From Octopus vulgaris (Eukaryota), in assembly GCA_951406725.2 (NCBI GenBank), contig CATOCA020000001.1, positions 5,518,001 through 5,582,000 on the forward strand: a DNA stretch of 64,000 nucleotides, given 5' to 3'. Below are positions 25,374 through 40,052 of this stretch, piece after piece. The translations under genes were made by a program, and so were the position numbers. Below the pieces are notes generated by a model. It had not been told where the DNA came from. It made no database searches and saw only the letters and a list, made by a program, of their open reading frames with translations. Position 1 is the stretch's first letter. Each line of letters begins with the position of its first letter.

Positions 25374-26167
25374 TGGGCATACATGCACACACACAAACAT
25401 ACACAGAAGCATGTAACGATTGGATTTGTGGGGTTCATTTGATCTACAAGAAATAGCAGCCAAATTTTAGCCCAAATCTCACCTTAGTCATATATCGTAT
25501 GACAGATTACATAGTGTAATTCTAAATGCATGTAAATCATCAAGATGGTCGTGGATGGAATGCTTGTGATCATGTCTGCTCGATCAACGATTATGTGCTT
25601 CCAAATGTGTCGGTGTGGTAAGAAGTTTGTTTCACAACCAAATGATTCCTGGTTCAACCCCACATTTGGCAATTCTCTTCCATTATAGTTGTGGCCAACT
25701 ACAGCCGTCTGTGCCGATTGGTAGATAGAAACTGAATGAAACCCTTTGTGTGGAGCATATATATATATATATATGTATTCACATGAATTTATTTATGTAT
25801 CTACCTTCCGACATCTATCTATCTATCTACCTATGTGTGTGTGTATGTAAATATGTATATATGTATATACACTCAAATACCATATAAATTTATATACATA
25901 CATAGACATATATATATGTATAGGTATGTATATATATATGTATATAAAGAAAGGCACACATGCACATATATAAACACACTACCAACATCGGTATACACGG
26001 TCTATAACCGAGTGTACAAAGGAAGTTCTAGAAAAAATAAACAATAGTTCTGAATTACTGAGAAGACAGAATTCCTTGTCTTTATCAAAAGGGATCGAAA
26101 TTGAGAGAATCAACCAATCTAAATTAAATTGTATATTGTGGTCGACTTACATGCATACATACATACA

Positions 26168-26219
<52 letters not shown>

Positions 26220-26220
<1 letters not shown>

Positions 26221-26620
26221 TTTTACTCTTTTACTTGTTTCAGTCATTTGACTGCGGCCATGCTGGAGCATCGCCTTTAGTCGAGCAATTCGACCCCGGG
26301 ACTTATTCTTTGTAAGCCCAGTACTTATTCTATCGGTCTCTTTTGCTGAACCGCTAAGATACGGGACGTAAACACACCACCATCGGTTGTCAAGCAATGG
26401 TGGAGTGACAAAAACAGACACACAAACATATACATACATACATATATATACATATATAAGACGGGCTTCTTCCAGTTTCCGTCTACCAAATCCACTCACA
26501 AGGCTTTGGTCGGCCCGAGGCTATAGTAGAAGACACTTGCCCAAGGTTCCACGCAGTGGGAATGAACCCGGAACCATGTGGTTGGTAAGCAAGCTACTTA
26601 CCACACAGCCACTCCTCCGC

Positions 26621-26678
<58 letters not shown>

Positions 26679-26996
26679 TAATACACGTAAATATATATAT
26701 ATGCATACACACATATATATGCATGTACGTGTGTGTGTGTATGTATTCTATTATTCTTTTATTTGTTCAGTCATTTGACTGCAGCCATGCTGGAGCACCG
26801 CCTTCAGTCGAACAAATCGACCCCAGAACTTACTATTTGTAAGCCTAGTACTTATTCTATGGGTGTCTTTTGACGAACCGCTATGTTACCAGGACCCACG
26901 AACATCGGTTTCCACACGATGTTGGGAGGACAAATATAGACACACAAACATACACACACACATGCACACTCACACACACACACAGACACACACACT

Positions 26997-27033
<37 letters not shown>

Positions 27034-27068
27034 GTGAGTGGATTTGAATGGAAACTGAAAGAAACCTG

Positions 27069-27106
<38 letters not shown>

Positions 27107-27270
27107 GACAGTTTTCTTTCAGTTTCCATCTACCAAATCCAATCACAAGTTTTTGGTCAGACAGAGGTTGTAGTAGAAGACACTTGCCCAAGGTGTCACG
27201 CAGTGGGACTGAACCAGGAACCATGTGCTTCCTAAGTAAGCTACGTATCACATAGACACTCCTGCGCCTG
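26220..27270 (-). mobile_element. Two tandem SINE family A copies (26220-26622 and 26755-27270; duplicates at 41586-41990 and 42275-42783)
   Basis: Direct match to the family A head and tail. Confidence 0.85.
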
Positions 27271-27338
27271 TATATAAATATATATAAGTATATATACATA
27301 CATACATATATACATATATATATATATGTGTGTGTGTG

Positions 27339-27375
<37 letters not shown>

Positions 27376-27643
27376 GTGTATTATGCTATACATTACATAT
27401 ATGGTATCTGCATATGTACATATAAATATGTGTGTGTATGTGCGTATCCAAGTATTTTCCTTTATTTACCTGCAGTGAGAACATGGCATGCCTAGAAACA
27501 CACATATACATAAATATATGCGTGCACACATATAGATATAATACACAGACACACACACAGAACGTTTACTGCTATAACTGTTGTCAGGATTTAGCATTTG
27601 TCGATGTGATTAAATAACAGAACGGATTATGTGTAGGGTTTAC

Positions 27644-27689
<46 letters not shown>

Positions 27690-27814
27690 CATAGACACAT
27701 ATACATACATTCGTAGACTCACATATGCACATACATATTCTTATCTCGAAATAGACACACGCACACACAAACTCTTATCTCAAAATTTAACGTCTCCAAG
27801 TCTCATAACATCAA

Positions 27815-28110
27815 TATAAATAGACAAAATTCAACACATTTCTTTATTCGTTTGCTGTTCTTTGAACTCACTGAACGTGGAAGATATTCCTGACAGAAAA
27901 AACTCTTCAGATTCCAACTGAAAGAAATTAATTATTCAGGTAGATATTCTTCTTCTATTGGTTTTAATTAACACAATATTTTCTTACTCTTTAATATTGT
28001 CAAAGTTTCATTATAACAATTTCCAACGCAAACATACTTTTATATGGAAATTCGTTTTATTTTCAGAGAGTATTTTATATATCATTAATATTTCCAGGAT
28101 ATAATATAAG
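27815..28110 (+). promoter_or_regulatory. Candidate TATA/Inr promoter with two short non-coding exons (27846-27939 and 28067-28110)
   Basis: TATAAATA lies 31 nt before an Inr-like TTATTC. It is followed by a CAG|GTAGAT donor, a ttttattttcag acceptor and an AAG|GTATAG donor. Motif evidence only, in AT-rich DNA. Confidence 0.3.
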
Positions 28111-28286
28111 GTATAGTTTGCTTAAATCTGTGGAAAAGCTATTTGATGGAATTTAGTCACAATATTCATCTAATTACACGGTATTTTCGAAAATACAAGG
28201 ACAGATTGTATGACGTTTAGCCAGCAGGAGATGTTGTCTCCTGGGGCTAAACGGTAGTAGCATTTGTCCCAACCGAGATCGCCAAA

Positions 28287-28328
<42 letters not shown>

Positions 28329-28427
28329 TACTAACAATATAGGATGGAGTCCCTTTCTCTACAGAAAAGGAATCCATCAGAAAGCGTGGCAGTATATTGA
28401 AAAAACCGTTACGGTTGAAGTATAAAC

Positions 28428-28647
28428 ATCATATAATTAAGGGCTAAATAAGATTATTCTAAAGCCAATACACTGATTTATCCACTTATAATCCACTTGT
28501 TACAGGAAAATTGAAACTGAAAACGGGCAACTAACCTTTAGAAAATTTTAATTTCGTTATCTCTATATTGAATCAATTTCGGAATATAAGTGGATAAATC
28601 AGTGTGTTGGCTTTAGAATAATCTTCTTTAGCCCTTAATTATATGAT
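28428..28647. repeat. Inverted repeat, 63-bp arms with a 94-bp spacer (duplicate at 43926-44145)
   Basis: 28428-28490 vs 28585-28647 with two mismatches. The arms of the duplicate read as fully complementary. Confidence 0.93.
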
Positions 28648-28756
28648 ATATATATATATATATATATAATTAAGGGACATTAGTCATTTCTACCAAAACT
28701 TTTACTAATCCTACCCAATGCAATTTATCTCTAATTTAATATATATATGTATATAT

Positions 28757-29125
28757 ATATTAAATTAGAGATAAAACCACTATTAGGCAAATCAAACAAT
28801 GAAAAACATAAGCCAATACATAAAATTAATTAATTTATATTATTTTAAAAATATATCAAAAGTATTAAAAGTTTAATAAAATATAACGAGGCCAGTCGGG
28901 GTGGCGCTGGCAACGGCCACATTCGGATGATACTCTTACGTGCCACCGGCACTGGTATCTCAGCTGCAATTTCCATTGATCAATTCTGATTCTCACTATC
29001 TTTTATTATACTTTTAATACTTTCGATATATTTTTATTACAATACAAATTAATTAATTTTATGTATTGGCTTATGTTTTTCATTGTTTGATTTGCCTAAT
29101 AGTGGTTTTATCTCTAATTTAATAT
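28757..29125. repeat. Inverted repeat, ~125-bp AT-rich arms around a ~110-bp GC-richer core (duplicate at ~44303-44665)
   Basis: attaaattagagataaaaccactattaggcaaatcaaacaatgaaaaacataagcc... and its reverse complement ending ...tagtggttttatctctaatttaat. Confidence 0.9.
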
Positions 29126-29209
29126 AATATAATATATTTATAATATAAAATTGGATTTAATCCTAAATCTGATTTTTCCCAGTAAGTTTGGATTTATTCG
29201 CTAATATTC

Positions 29210-29790
29210 ACCCTCGAGCACTCGACGCGTTCTTGCTTCTGGAAAGGCATGAGCAACCTGGGAATCCATCTGGCAGACACCTTTTGCATATGCAAATGGT
29301 CATGAATGATAGTTTCCATAGACCCGGTACTAATCTTGACCTCATGGGCTATTTGGCGAATAATTATGCGTCGATCTTCCAAAATGGCAGCCTCAACTTG
29401 ACGGACAGATGCCTCATCAATGGCAGAAGGGGCGACCAGATCTGGGAGCTGTTTCCACAGAGTTCCGACCATGTTTGAATTCATGATGCCAGCGTTTTAC
29501 AAGGTCATATGATGGGGCATCATCACCATAAGTTACTTTCATTTCATCAAAAGTCTCCCGTGGTGTGCGTCCTTTCAAATACAAAACCCGGATCACTGCT
29601 CGACACTCAACAGGCTCCATTTCACACTTGAATCAGTTCAAACACCTGTAAATCAGAAACCACAATTAATTCAGAGCTGTAATTTGCCACTTACTCTATA
29701 GAGATATAAATGATTGCACATTCAAAATTTCAGCTAGATCAAACAACTGCAAGTGGGTCAGAGGCATTACTTATTGAACGTCCCTCGTAT
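29210..29790 (-). mobile_element. Mariner transposon 5' half with left TIR, at the duplication junction
   Basis: Minus strand starts tacgagggacgttcaataagtaatgcc. ORFs give MEPVECRAVIR.LYLKG...VKRW..EFK.GR...RSGRP and EDRR....IA......KVSARWIPRLL, truncated before the DDD domain. Confidence 0.9.
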
Positions 29791-30298
29791 ATTATAACCG
29801 TTCCTATTATTAGAAGTCGACGCTATGTAAAACGCATTTATATTATAACCATTCCTATTATTATATATCAAAGTCACTACACATTTATAAAACTACATCA
29901 TCCAAATTGCATCGTTTTTCTATATGATGTGAATAAGGTCTTTCACTATTGGATTTGCTTAATAGAGGTTTTTCTTTAAATAATATATATATATATATAT
30001 ATATTATATATTTTGAAATTTGATTTAGAATTCGTAAATTGAATTTTTCCCAGTAAGTTTGGAATTATATTCCGTAATATTCTTATATATATATAACTTT
30101 CTCCTGATATTTGATTAGATGAAATACATCGAAACCGGTAATATTAATATTTTATTTATATAATCTTTTATTAAATCCCCTCTGAAATTGAAATGTCTTT
30201 GAACAAATTCTGTGCTATTTCCACCTTCATATATATATATATATATATATATAATACTAGGGAGTAAATCCAACTTACAGGTAAAAATTAGATTTAGG

Positions 30299-30332
<34 letters not shown>

Positions 30333-31401
30333 TTTATAAAAAAATATTTTAAAATTTATAAATATAAATTTAAAAAATTTAAATCTAAATAATTTAAATT
30401 TTAAATTTTATATTTTATATATTTTGTATATTATATTAATTATATTTATTTTTATGTTTTGGTTTATGCTTTTCACTGTTTTATTTGCCTAATAGTGGTT
30501 TTATCTCTAATTTAATTTATATATATATATATATATACATATGTATGTGTGTATGTATGTATGTATGTATGTATGTATGTATGTATGTATATATGTATGT
30601 ATGTATGTAAGTATGTATGTATGTATGCAAATACACATATTTCCTCAGAATATCAGACTTTTGTCCCAAGCTGTACATAGTCCGAATGGAAACAGGATTG
30701 CGTGAACAATCGAACAAAGCCATGGGTGAGAAGAGGCGAATCTTCAACACTGATGCAGTGTTCTTGTTATAATATGTCGCCCTAGGAAGGATAAGCTGAG
30801 GAAACGGTCCCACAAACAGTTCTATTCCCTTAAGAATGGTGACAGCCAAGAGTGGCACCACAGCAGTCAAGTGGAAGGGTCTGGTATTTGTAACCACATG
30901 GGTCCAAGTTCAGTCTACTCCGAATCGGAGCTAATGGATTATGCGAGAATTCGATTGACAGCAACTGAAAGTAGCCTGATGTATGTATGTGTGGGTTTGT
31001 GCCCCGGGGGATGGGATTTCGACGACCACCGCTTGACCATCGGTAGGGTTCTGGTTACGTCCCTATACTGAGATGTTCAGTAAAAACAGAACCGATGGGG
31101 ATAAGGAATAGAATTAGCAAGTAGATACATCGAGTTGTTCCACTGAAAACTTCACGGAGCTGCCCCAGTCTGGCCGCAGTCCAATAACTAAACGCAATTA
31201 AAGAAAAATGTTATATTTATACAAGAAGAGACTTGATAATATATTCAAGTCTATTCCTATTTTCAGTACACACACACACACACACACACACACGCGTACT
31301 CACATGCATAAATACACACATATATATACATATATATAAACATAAGTGAATATACACACTAACATACATATACATACACAGCTCTATGCTCACATATTTG
31401 C

Positions 31402-31523
<122 letters not shown>

Positions 31524-32372
31524 GTATATATGTATATACATATATACGTATATATATATGTACATACATGACTACACATGCACCCGTACATACTTATATG
31601 AGAGTGGGTTCATACTTTCCTTAACAACCCATGAAAGTTATAAATGAGTGCCTGGGATTATTTCCCAAATCCCATTGCTACGCACCCATTTATCCGCTCG
31701 ATGTCACCACCATAAAGCTGTTTCCATGGCTGCCATATCATAACTTCCTGTGCTGTGGCTTAAATTAATCTTCTTCCTTTCATTCTGTATTCATTTTCTC
31801 ACACTCCTCCTCTACCAACATTTTAGTTACAGCATTTTGCTTTTTCTAGATTTCAAATAAATTGATATATCTTTTTAAGTGGTCATTTATTAGTATTGCA
31901 CCATGACTACCAAGATAGAGAAAACGTGATACACACACACACACACCTACACACACACACACACACACACACACACGTATGTTAATTGCTCCTGAAGTGC
32001 TGCGCATCAAATAAGTGAAAACTTATTTTGTCTTCAACGCATAATCGTGACTGTCGTATAAGAAAGTATTTAATAAATCCAAAATAAATTCTGTAACATT
32101 TAATTCGTTTTTGGCTGTTCCTAAATTCCCTGATCTGGCTTTATTACAGCCAAAAAGCTTCGTAAGACCCGGTCCAGTATAACCATTGCAACTTCGATAA
32201 TTAACACGAAACTTCATTGCGCTAAACGATAATGCGATTGCTTTGAATCATAGTAAAGGTAACACAAGAAATATAAAAAATAAAGTATGTAGTAGGAAAT
32301 TATATGTACACAGAAACACACAGACACACAGACACAGACACACGCACACATTCATACATATATATGTATATA

Positions 32373-32434
<62 letters not shown>

Positions 32435-32729
32435 ATATGTTACATTTACTCAATAGTCAAGATAAAACTCTGAGTTTCAGATGCCGAAGTGGAAATCCAC
32501 AACACCATCTGTTCGGTTATCTGGCCATCTGAAAAACGCTATGAAAAAATAACCGAACAGATGGTGTTGTGGATTTCCACTTCGGCATCTGAAACTCAGA
32601 GTTTTATCTTGACTATTGAGTAAATGTAACATATTATTTTATAGATAAATTTCCTCTATTTACATAATATTGAGATCTCTTTCTTTCTTTTCTTATCTTA
32701 CATTTTTTACCAAGATATATATATATATA

Positions 32730-32783
<54 letters not shown>

Positions 32784-33602
32784 CCTGTCTATTTCTATAT
32801 ATGGAAAACTTGCTTCGCAGCGACATGCTTCCGAATTTAGTCCCATTGCATGACACATTGGTGAGTGTCCTCTACTCTACACTCGGGGTGACCAAAACCT
32901 TTTAAACGGAATTAGTAGATAGAAACTGAAAGAATTCCGTTGTATTTAAGTATGTATATATCTGTGTGTCTATGTGTGCTACCCCGCTTAAGATACCGCT
33001 TGGCAACCGGTGCAGGTTTGTTTACGAGCCCATCAGTTAATGGTTAAGCAAAATATATTGATAGGCGCAGGAGTGGCTGTGTGGTAAGTATCCTGTTTAC
33101 CAACCACATGGTTCCGGGTTCAGTCCCTCTTCGTGTCATCTTGGGCAAGTGTCTTCTACTATAGCCTCGGGCCGACCAAAGCCTTGTGAGTGGATTTGGT
33201 AGACGGAAACTGAAAGAAGCCCGTTGTATACATGTATATATGTATATATGCGTGTGTGTGTCTGTGTGTCTGTATTTGTCCCCCTAGCATTGCTTGAGAA
33301 CCGATGCTGGTGTGTTTATGTCCCCGTTACTCAGCGGTTCGGGAAAAGGGACCGATAGAATAAGTACTGGGCTTACAATAGAATAAGTCCCGGGGTCGAG
33401 TTGCTCGATTAAAGGCGGTGCTCCAGCATGGCCGCAGTCAAATGACTGAAGCAAGTAAAAGAGTAAAAGAGAGAGAGAGAGAGAGTGAGAGAGAGAATAA
33501 ATAACAGATTTTACAAAAAAGTAATGCGGCCGATATATTCCAGTAATAATTCTTCAAGGCTCTGCCCCAGCATCGCCGCAATCCCTAAAAGAATAAAGAG
33601 GT

Positions 33603-33647
<45 letters not shown>

Positions 33648-33925
33648 CGCTAACCAGCAGATTGTAGTAACATTGTTCTATGCAGAACAACCACGTAGAG
33701 GTGGGGAGAATTCTCTCTTTCTCTCTTTTACTCGTTTCAGGCATTTGACAGCGGCCATGCTGGAGCACCGCCTTTAGTCGAGGAAATAGACCCCAGGACT
33801 TATTTATTCTTTGTAAGACGAGTACTTATTCTATCAGAATCTTTTGCCGAATCACTAAGTTACGGGGACGTAAACACACCAGTATCGGTTGTCAAGCGAT
33901 GTTGGGAGGGACAAACACAGACACA

Positions 33926-33971
<46 letters not shown>

Positions 33972-34033
33972 CGGCGAGAGAAACGAATGAAAAACAAGAC
34001 ATATATTAGTTTAACGATTTATATATCTGTATG

Positions 34034-34095
<62 letters not shown>

Positions 34096-34295
34096 GGTCC
34101 CGGGTTGATTCGGGGTTAACCACAGTAAATAAGGTACTCAATACACAGCAGAGTAAAATTAATTTATTATATAGAAGGAGCTTCTACAGGACTAGAACTG
34201 TTTCATTCAAGAGAAATCTTCAGAAGCTAGTTAACAAGAATTGTATTGGCATTTATACATTTATACATTTATACATATATATATGTATGTAGGTT

Positions 34296-35420
34296 TCGGG
34301 TTGGTGCACAAGTAATGTCCGATTGAAAGATCTAAGGTAAAGATGAATAAGTCAACGACTATGGAAGTATTTATTCCTTAATTCACTCTCAGTTGCTTTC
34401 AATGACCTTATTCCAGCTTTCAAAAACCTCATAAATGCCTCGCTTGTAAAATTCTGTAGGTTTAGAACGAAAATATGAATCCAACTCATTTCCAATCTCT
34501 TCTCTGGTGGTTAAGTCCATCAAAATAGTTCTGTAGTCCTCGGAACGAATGGTAATCAGAAGGAACAAGGTCAGGAGAATATGGAGGATGAGGCAGTATT
34601 TTCCAACCAAGTTCTTCGAAGAGAGTTTTCGTTAGTCGTGCTGTGTCATGATGGAAGATGACACCCCTTCTGTTAACCAAGGGTAGTTGATTTTTGGCTC
34701 AGAACTGTTTTCAAACGACGAAGTTTCTCACAGGAAAGCTAAGCATTAATTGTTTGGTTGTTGACCAACAGTTCACAATGAATTACTCCTTTAATATCCC
34801 ACCACATACACTCAACATGATCTTCTTTGTAGGATGTCCTGCTCTCGGTTGTTGAACTGGCCATCCTCCTCGACTGGTCCAAGAACGACAGCGTTTAACA
34901 TTATGGTAAAGAATCCACTTCTCATTACATGTAACGAGCCTGTCTAAATATGTTGCTTGAAAGTATCGCGAAAGCAATGATTGGCCACAAGCAGCATGCT
35001 GTTGTTGATTCTCTGGAGACAGCTCCTGGGGGACCCATTTTCCAGCCATTGAAACCTGTCCAATGTGTTTTACCTGGCGTATCCCAATTGTATGGGCCAT
35101 GTTTAACTGTTCTGCAAGTTCCCTAGTGGTAACGGTAGAGTTCTCAGAAACAAGAGCTTTCAACATTTTGGAATCAAGTTTTTTTGAATGACCCCCTTTT
35201 GACTCTTCTTTCAAAGGGAAACCACCACTTTGGAAACGGGAAAACCACCTCCTGCAACTTCTTTTATTCCCTAGATCATCCCCATAACTGCTCTGAATAG
35301 ATCTTGCTGCCGCACTTGCGTTAACACCTTTATAAATCTCGAAGAGTAAACCATTTCCTATGTGACCTTAGATGGGACAAACATGGTGGTAAAGGTTTCT
35401 GAGAATTATGGCCAGAAGTT
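34296..35420 (-). mobile_element. Mariner transposon (duplicate of 19218-20340)
   Basis: Near-identical ORFs 34783..35214 and 34486..34680. Confidence 0.9.
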
Positions 35421-35470
35421 AGATAATCTGAAAGAAAATAGTACCAATAAGACACAGAGATATATATTTA

Positions 35471-36900
35471 TCCTGACCGCGTTCTCGCCCTCCTAGTGGC
35501 TTCCCCTCCCTCTCACATCCATGACACCAACCATGCACTTCGTTTGTTCAACTCTTTCTCCTTCCCTCCTGGCCCCTCAAAACTTCTCTTCACTCTCCAC
35601 ATCCAGAGGCTTTACACAGTGATCCTTCAACTCGAGGGGCTGCGGGCAATCCATCATTTCATTGACCTTCGACCTAACCCCCAACCCGACACTTCCACAC
35701 CCGTTCGTCTGGCCGAAATTGTTCTTTCACTCAGTTTCGCGTTCGCTGGTGCGTTTTACCAGCAGTTTTCGGGAGTGGCCATGGGAACGAGAATGGGTCT
35801 CAACGATGCGAACCTGTTCGTTGGCTACGTTGAGCCCCAAATATTCTCCGGTTTCACTGGTCCCACTCCCGAACTATACGGTCGTTATATTGACGACTGT
35901 ATTCGTGCGACCTCACTCTCCCGCGAACATCTAGACTCCTTCCTCTCTTTTGTCAAATCTTTCCATCCAGTCCTCCACTTCACCTGCACTATCTCAGACA
36001 CCTCTGTCTCCTTTATTGACGTTTCGGTCAGCATTCATCACTCCACTCTCACCACCTCCATCCACTACAAACACACAGACTCACACTCATACCTCAAATT
36101 CACCTCCTCACACCCTAAACACATTAATCTTGCCATTTCCTATTCTCAATTCCTCCGTCGACGCAGGTTCTGTAGTGACGACCATGACTTTGAGACTCAG
36201 TCTCAACCCACGGCTCGCCACTTCATCCTACGTGCATATCCCCTCACCACTATCCACACCGCCCTTGCCACAGCCCGTTCGATGGATCGTGCATCTGTTC
36301 TCTACCCCGCACCAGCGCCGCCGTCCGCCGTCTCCCATTTCCCATCACCTACCCACCACCACCCTATCTCTCCAACACAACATTCTCGGAGACTTTCGGC
36401 GACTCCAGTCCGACCCCTGCACTTCGCACATCTTCCCTAACCGACACCTCCCCTCCTTCAAACGAGCCCACAACCTACAAGATCTCTTGGTATACAGCTT
36501 CTTCGCGAACCAAACCTCCCAATCCGGCTCGTTCCCTTGCTCCCGCCCACGCTGCCGCACTTGCCCTGACCTTCCCAACACCAGTCTCCTCCCCGCCACA
36601 TCGACCCTATCGCATTTTCGACTCCTTCACCTGCACCTCTACCAATTTCATTTACTGCATCTCCTACTCTCTCTGCCCTTCTCTATACATCGGGCAAACG
36701 GGACGCCGCTTGGCTGACCAGTTCGGGGAACACCTCTCTCGCCATTTCCGCTCTACCGGTCACTCTTTGCAACACCTATCTGTGTTCGGATTGTCCTTGA
36801 ACAGGGGCCATCCGGACTCCCGTTTGCGCCGTGAACAGGGATTAATCTTCTCTCTTCACTCCTTGGGCTCCCCTCCCCCACACATACTTCTCATCAACCT
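35471..36900 (+). mobile_element. Penelope-like element (duplicate of 20391-21690, retaining more of the GIY-YIG C-terminus)
   Basis: Same RT motifs, plus HF.STGHS..HLSV.GL......RLRREQ.LIF.L in ORF 36710..37003. Confidence 0.9.
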
Positions 36901-37305
36901 CACCTTTATTGCTTCGACTCCTACTTCTTCTCTTCACTCCTACTCTTCTCTTCACTCCTACCCACCTTCTCCCTACCCCTTCATCGTCACCCGTCCCTCG
37001 TGAGCCCACCGCACCCCTACACAATCCAAACCCACCTTCGGAAAACATCCCACACCATCTCTCACACCCACCTCCACATACCCCACCTCTACCCCCACCC
37101 TCATCCTACCCACATACTCCACATCTACCCCCACCATCAGCCTGACCCACACCCCACCCTTGCTTTCCTCACTCTCGCCTCTCCCACCTCCCATCACCAT
37201 CACACCACACCACACACCACTGCACTATACACCACCATACCACACGACACCACATCGCATCGCATCACACCACCACGCACACTCCAGCACTGACCACTTC
37301 CGTTT

Positions 37306-38035
37306 ATAAAGGGAATCACAGAGTTGAGTGAGAAGAACCTTTTCGATCGCATTTCCATCTGTGATTCGCTTTAGAAACGGGATGAAAACGTGTCTTTTTA
37401 AAGCAAATTGTGACAGGTGATGAGAAATGGATTATCTGCCGAAATATTCGGAGAAAGCGATCCTGGATTAAGCGACATGAGCCACCTTAAGCCACCCCAA
37501 AAGCGGGTCTTTACCCTAAAAAAGTCTTGATTTGTGTCTGGTGGGTTTGGAAAGGAATTCTGTACTATGAGATTCTCCCAAGTAACCAGAATATTAATTC
37601 TGACAAATCCTGCCCACAACTGGACGAGTTCAAGAGAAATGTCCAGAATTGGCCAACAAGAAGGGTGTTGTTTTCCAACATGATAATGCAAGACCACACG
37701 TTTCCTTGGGAAGCAGACAAAAATTGCTGCAGCTCGGCTAGGATGTGTTACCCAACCCTCCATATTCACCAGATATTGCTCCTTCGGATTTGCACTTATT
37801 CAGGTCTCTGCAGAATAGTCTTAATGGTAAAAATTTTAATTCCTTGGATGATGTAAAAACATACCTTGATGAATTCTTTGCCATGAAAACACCCCAATTC
37901 AGGGGAGAGGGTATTTTCAAGTTAAAGGGAAGATGGAAACGCATTGTGGTTCATATTTTGTTGATTAAAAATGTAATGGCAAGTATTTATTGACCTTTTT
38001 CTTTCCTTTAAGAATTGGCACGAACATTCCAGACA

Positions 38036-38040
<5 letters not shown>
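37306..38040 (+). mobile_element. Mariner 3' half (duplicate of 21950-22686)
   Basis: CVWWVWKG and PYSPDIAPSD motifs and the right TIR. Confidence 0.88.
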
Positions 38041-38099
<59 letters not shown>

Positions 38100-38434
38100 C
38101 ACTGTAACTAGGTAAATAGAATCTTCGAACAGAGACGGTCAGTAGCGACACCTGCGGGTCGACTACGCTGCATTGATAAAGTGCAACAACCCGGAAACAT
38201 GTCTGCAGCTGTCTGACTAGCAGGATGAAGCGGCTGACCTCCCCTGTTCGAAGGTTTATAACGGGCGCAGTTTGTGTCAAGTAGCTAGCTAGAGGCGGTG
38301 GCCTCTTGGAGCTAATCAGCGACAGCTTTAGTCTCATATTTATAAGACTGCCATATTAGTATGGCGATAACTATTAATTTCCAGTAACGCTGCCGTAATC
38401 TCCTTTCAGAGAGACTTATTAATTTTAATATTTC

Positions 38435-38483
<49 letters not shown>

Positions 38484-38767
38484 TATATAACAGTCAACTA
38501 ACAAATCTACCTGTGTATCTGTGTATCTGTATATAGTGTGGGATTGGGGTGTCACTACCTTCTACGATAAAATGCGGGTGTGAAGTCGGCCTAGTGTACC
38601 TTCAGTTCGGTTTGTTGGGCATGTTGGTAGAATATGGAGGACTGCTTATTTTTTGTTTTCATAAGTCTCAAATGTACATTTAATCTTTCCTAAATGCTTC
38701 TAGATCTCTCATCAATATATGTCATGTTTTTCTTTCTTACAAGAGTCCTCCATGCACCTTTTGCGTA

Positions 38768-40020
38768 TACTAGGTTGTCCGGAAAGTTGTGGGGGTGTTT
38801 AAGCTAAATCTTTTAACGCTTCATTGAACACACCTGAAACGTAACACAATCGAAACTTTGGCGTTGCTTGAAGTGGTAGTGCCCCTATTCTTTGTTCCTG
38901 GCTAAAAATAGATTTATATTTCATTCCGGTTGCCCTTTATTGACATTCGGATTAGATAACCGAAAACTTTATATTCCCATTATAATGCTTTTCATTAAAA
39001 AAAAGGACAAAATTCTGCAAAGACAATCAAAAGCATTTGTGAAGTTTAATTGTGACCATGTTGTAGGTGAATCAACGATTCGAAGGTGGTTTGCAAAATT
39101 TGAAGCTGGAGAGTTTAGCTTGAAAGATGACGGCCGCAGTGGAAGACCTTCAACATTGGATGAAGATGTTTTGAAGGCAAACTTCGAAGAGAGCTCAAAT
39201 ATCACGACTAGAGAACTTGCAGAGGAATTGGAAGTTTCTATAAGTACAGCTCAGGAACACCTAGGGAAGCTAGGATGCATTTCTCGTTATAATGTATGGG
39301 TCCCCCACAGATCTGAGAAAAGAATTGCTTGGACTGGTATTCCATTTGTAATATGTTTTTGAAACGAAATGAAGAATGCTTTTTTAAGAAACTTGTGACT
39401 GGAGATGAAAACTGGATTGTGTATGAAAACGTCGTGCCTAAAAGATCCTGGTATTTGCGTGATGATCCCTAAAACAGCTGCCAAAGACGAATATCCACAC
39501 CGAAAAAGATATGCTTTGTGTTTGGTGGGATCACAAAGGCATTATTTATTATGAGTTTCTCCCACAAGACCAGACCATTAATTCTGATGTGTACTGTCGT
39601 CAGTTGGGTTATTTGAATCAAAATAACCAAGGACTTGAGGCCGGAAATTACCAATAGGAAAGGGGTAGTGTTTCAACCAGGCAATGCCCGACCGCATGTC
39701 TCTTTGGATAACCGAACAAAGTGACATGAACTTGGCTGGGATCTCTTACTTCAATCAACCATTGTCATGTTTTTGTCTCTACAGAACTCATTGTAAGGCA
39801 AAACATTTAACGATTTAGATGGAGTGAAGATGCATCTAATAGCTTTTTTCTATTCAAAATCAGTCAAATTCTTTATTAATGGAATATCTAAATTGCCAGA
39901 TAGATGAGCAGAGGTCATTAATAAAAACAGAAAATATTTCATTAAATACAATTACTTAAAAGCTAAATTATTTATAGCCTTTTTGCTTATTTAAACCACT
40001 CAGAACTTTCCAGACAAACT

Positions 40021-40024
<4 letters not shown>
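38768..40024 (+). mobile_element. Mariner near full length (duplicate of 23399-24654)
   Basis: Same TIRs and ORF 38892..39362. Confidence 0.9.
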
Positions 40025-40052
<28 letters not shown>

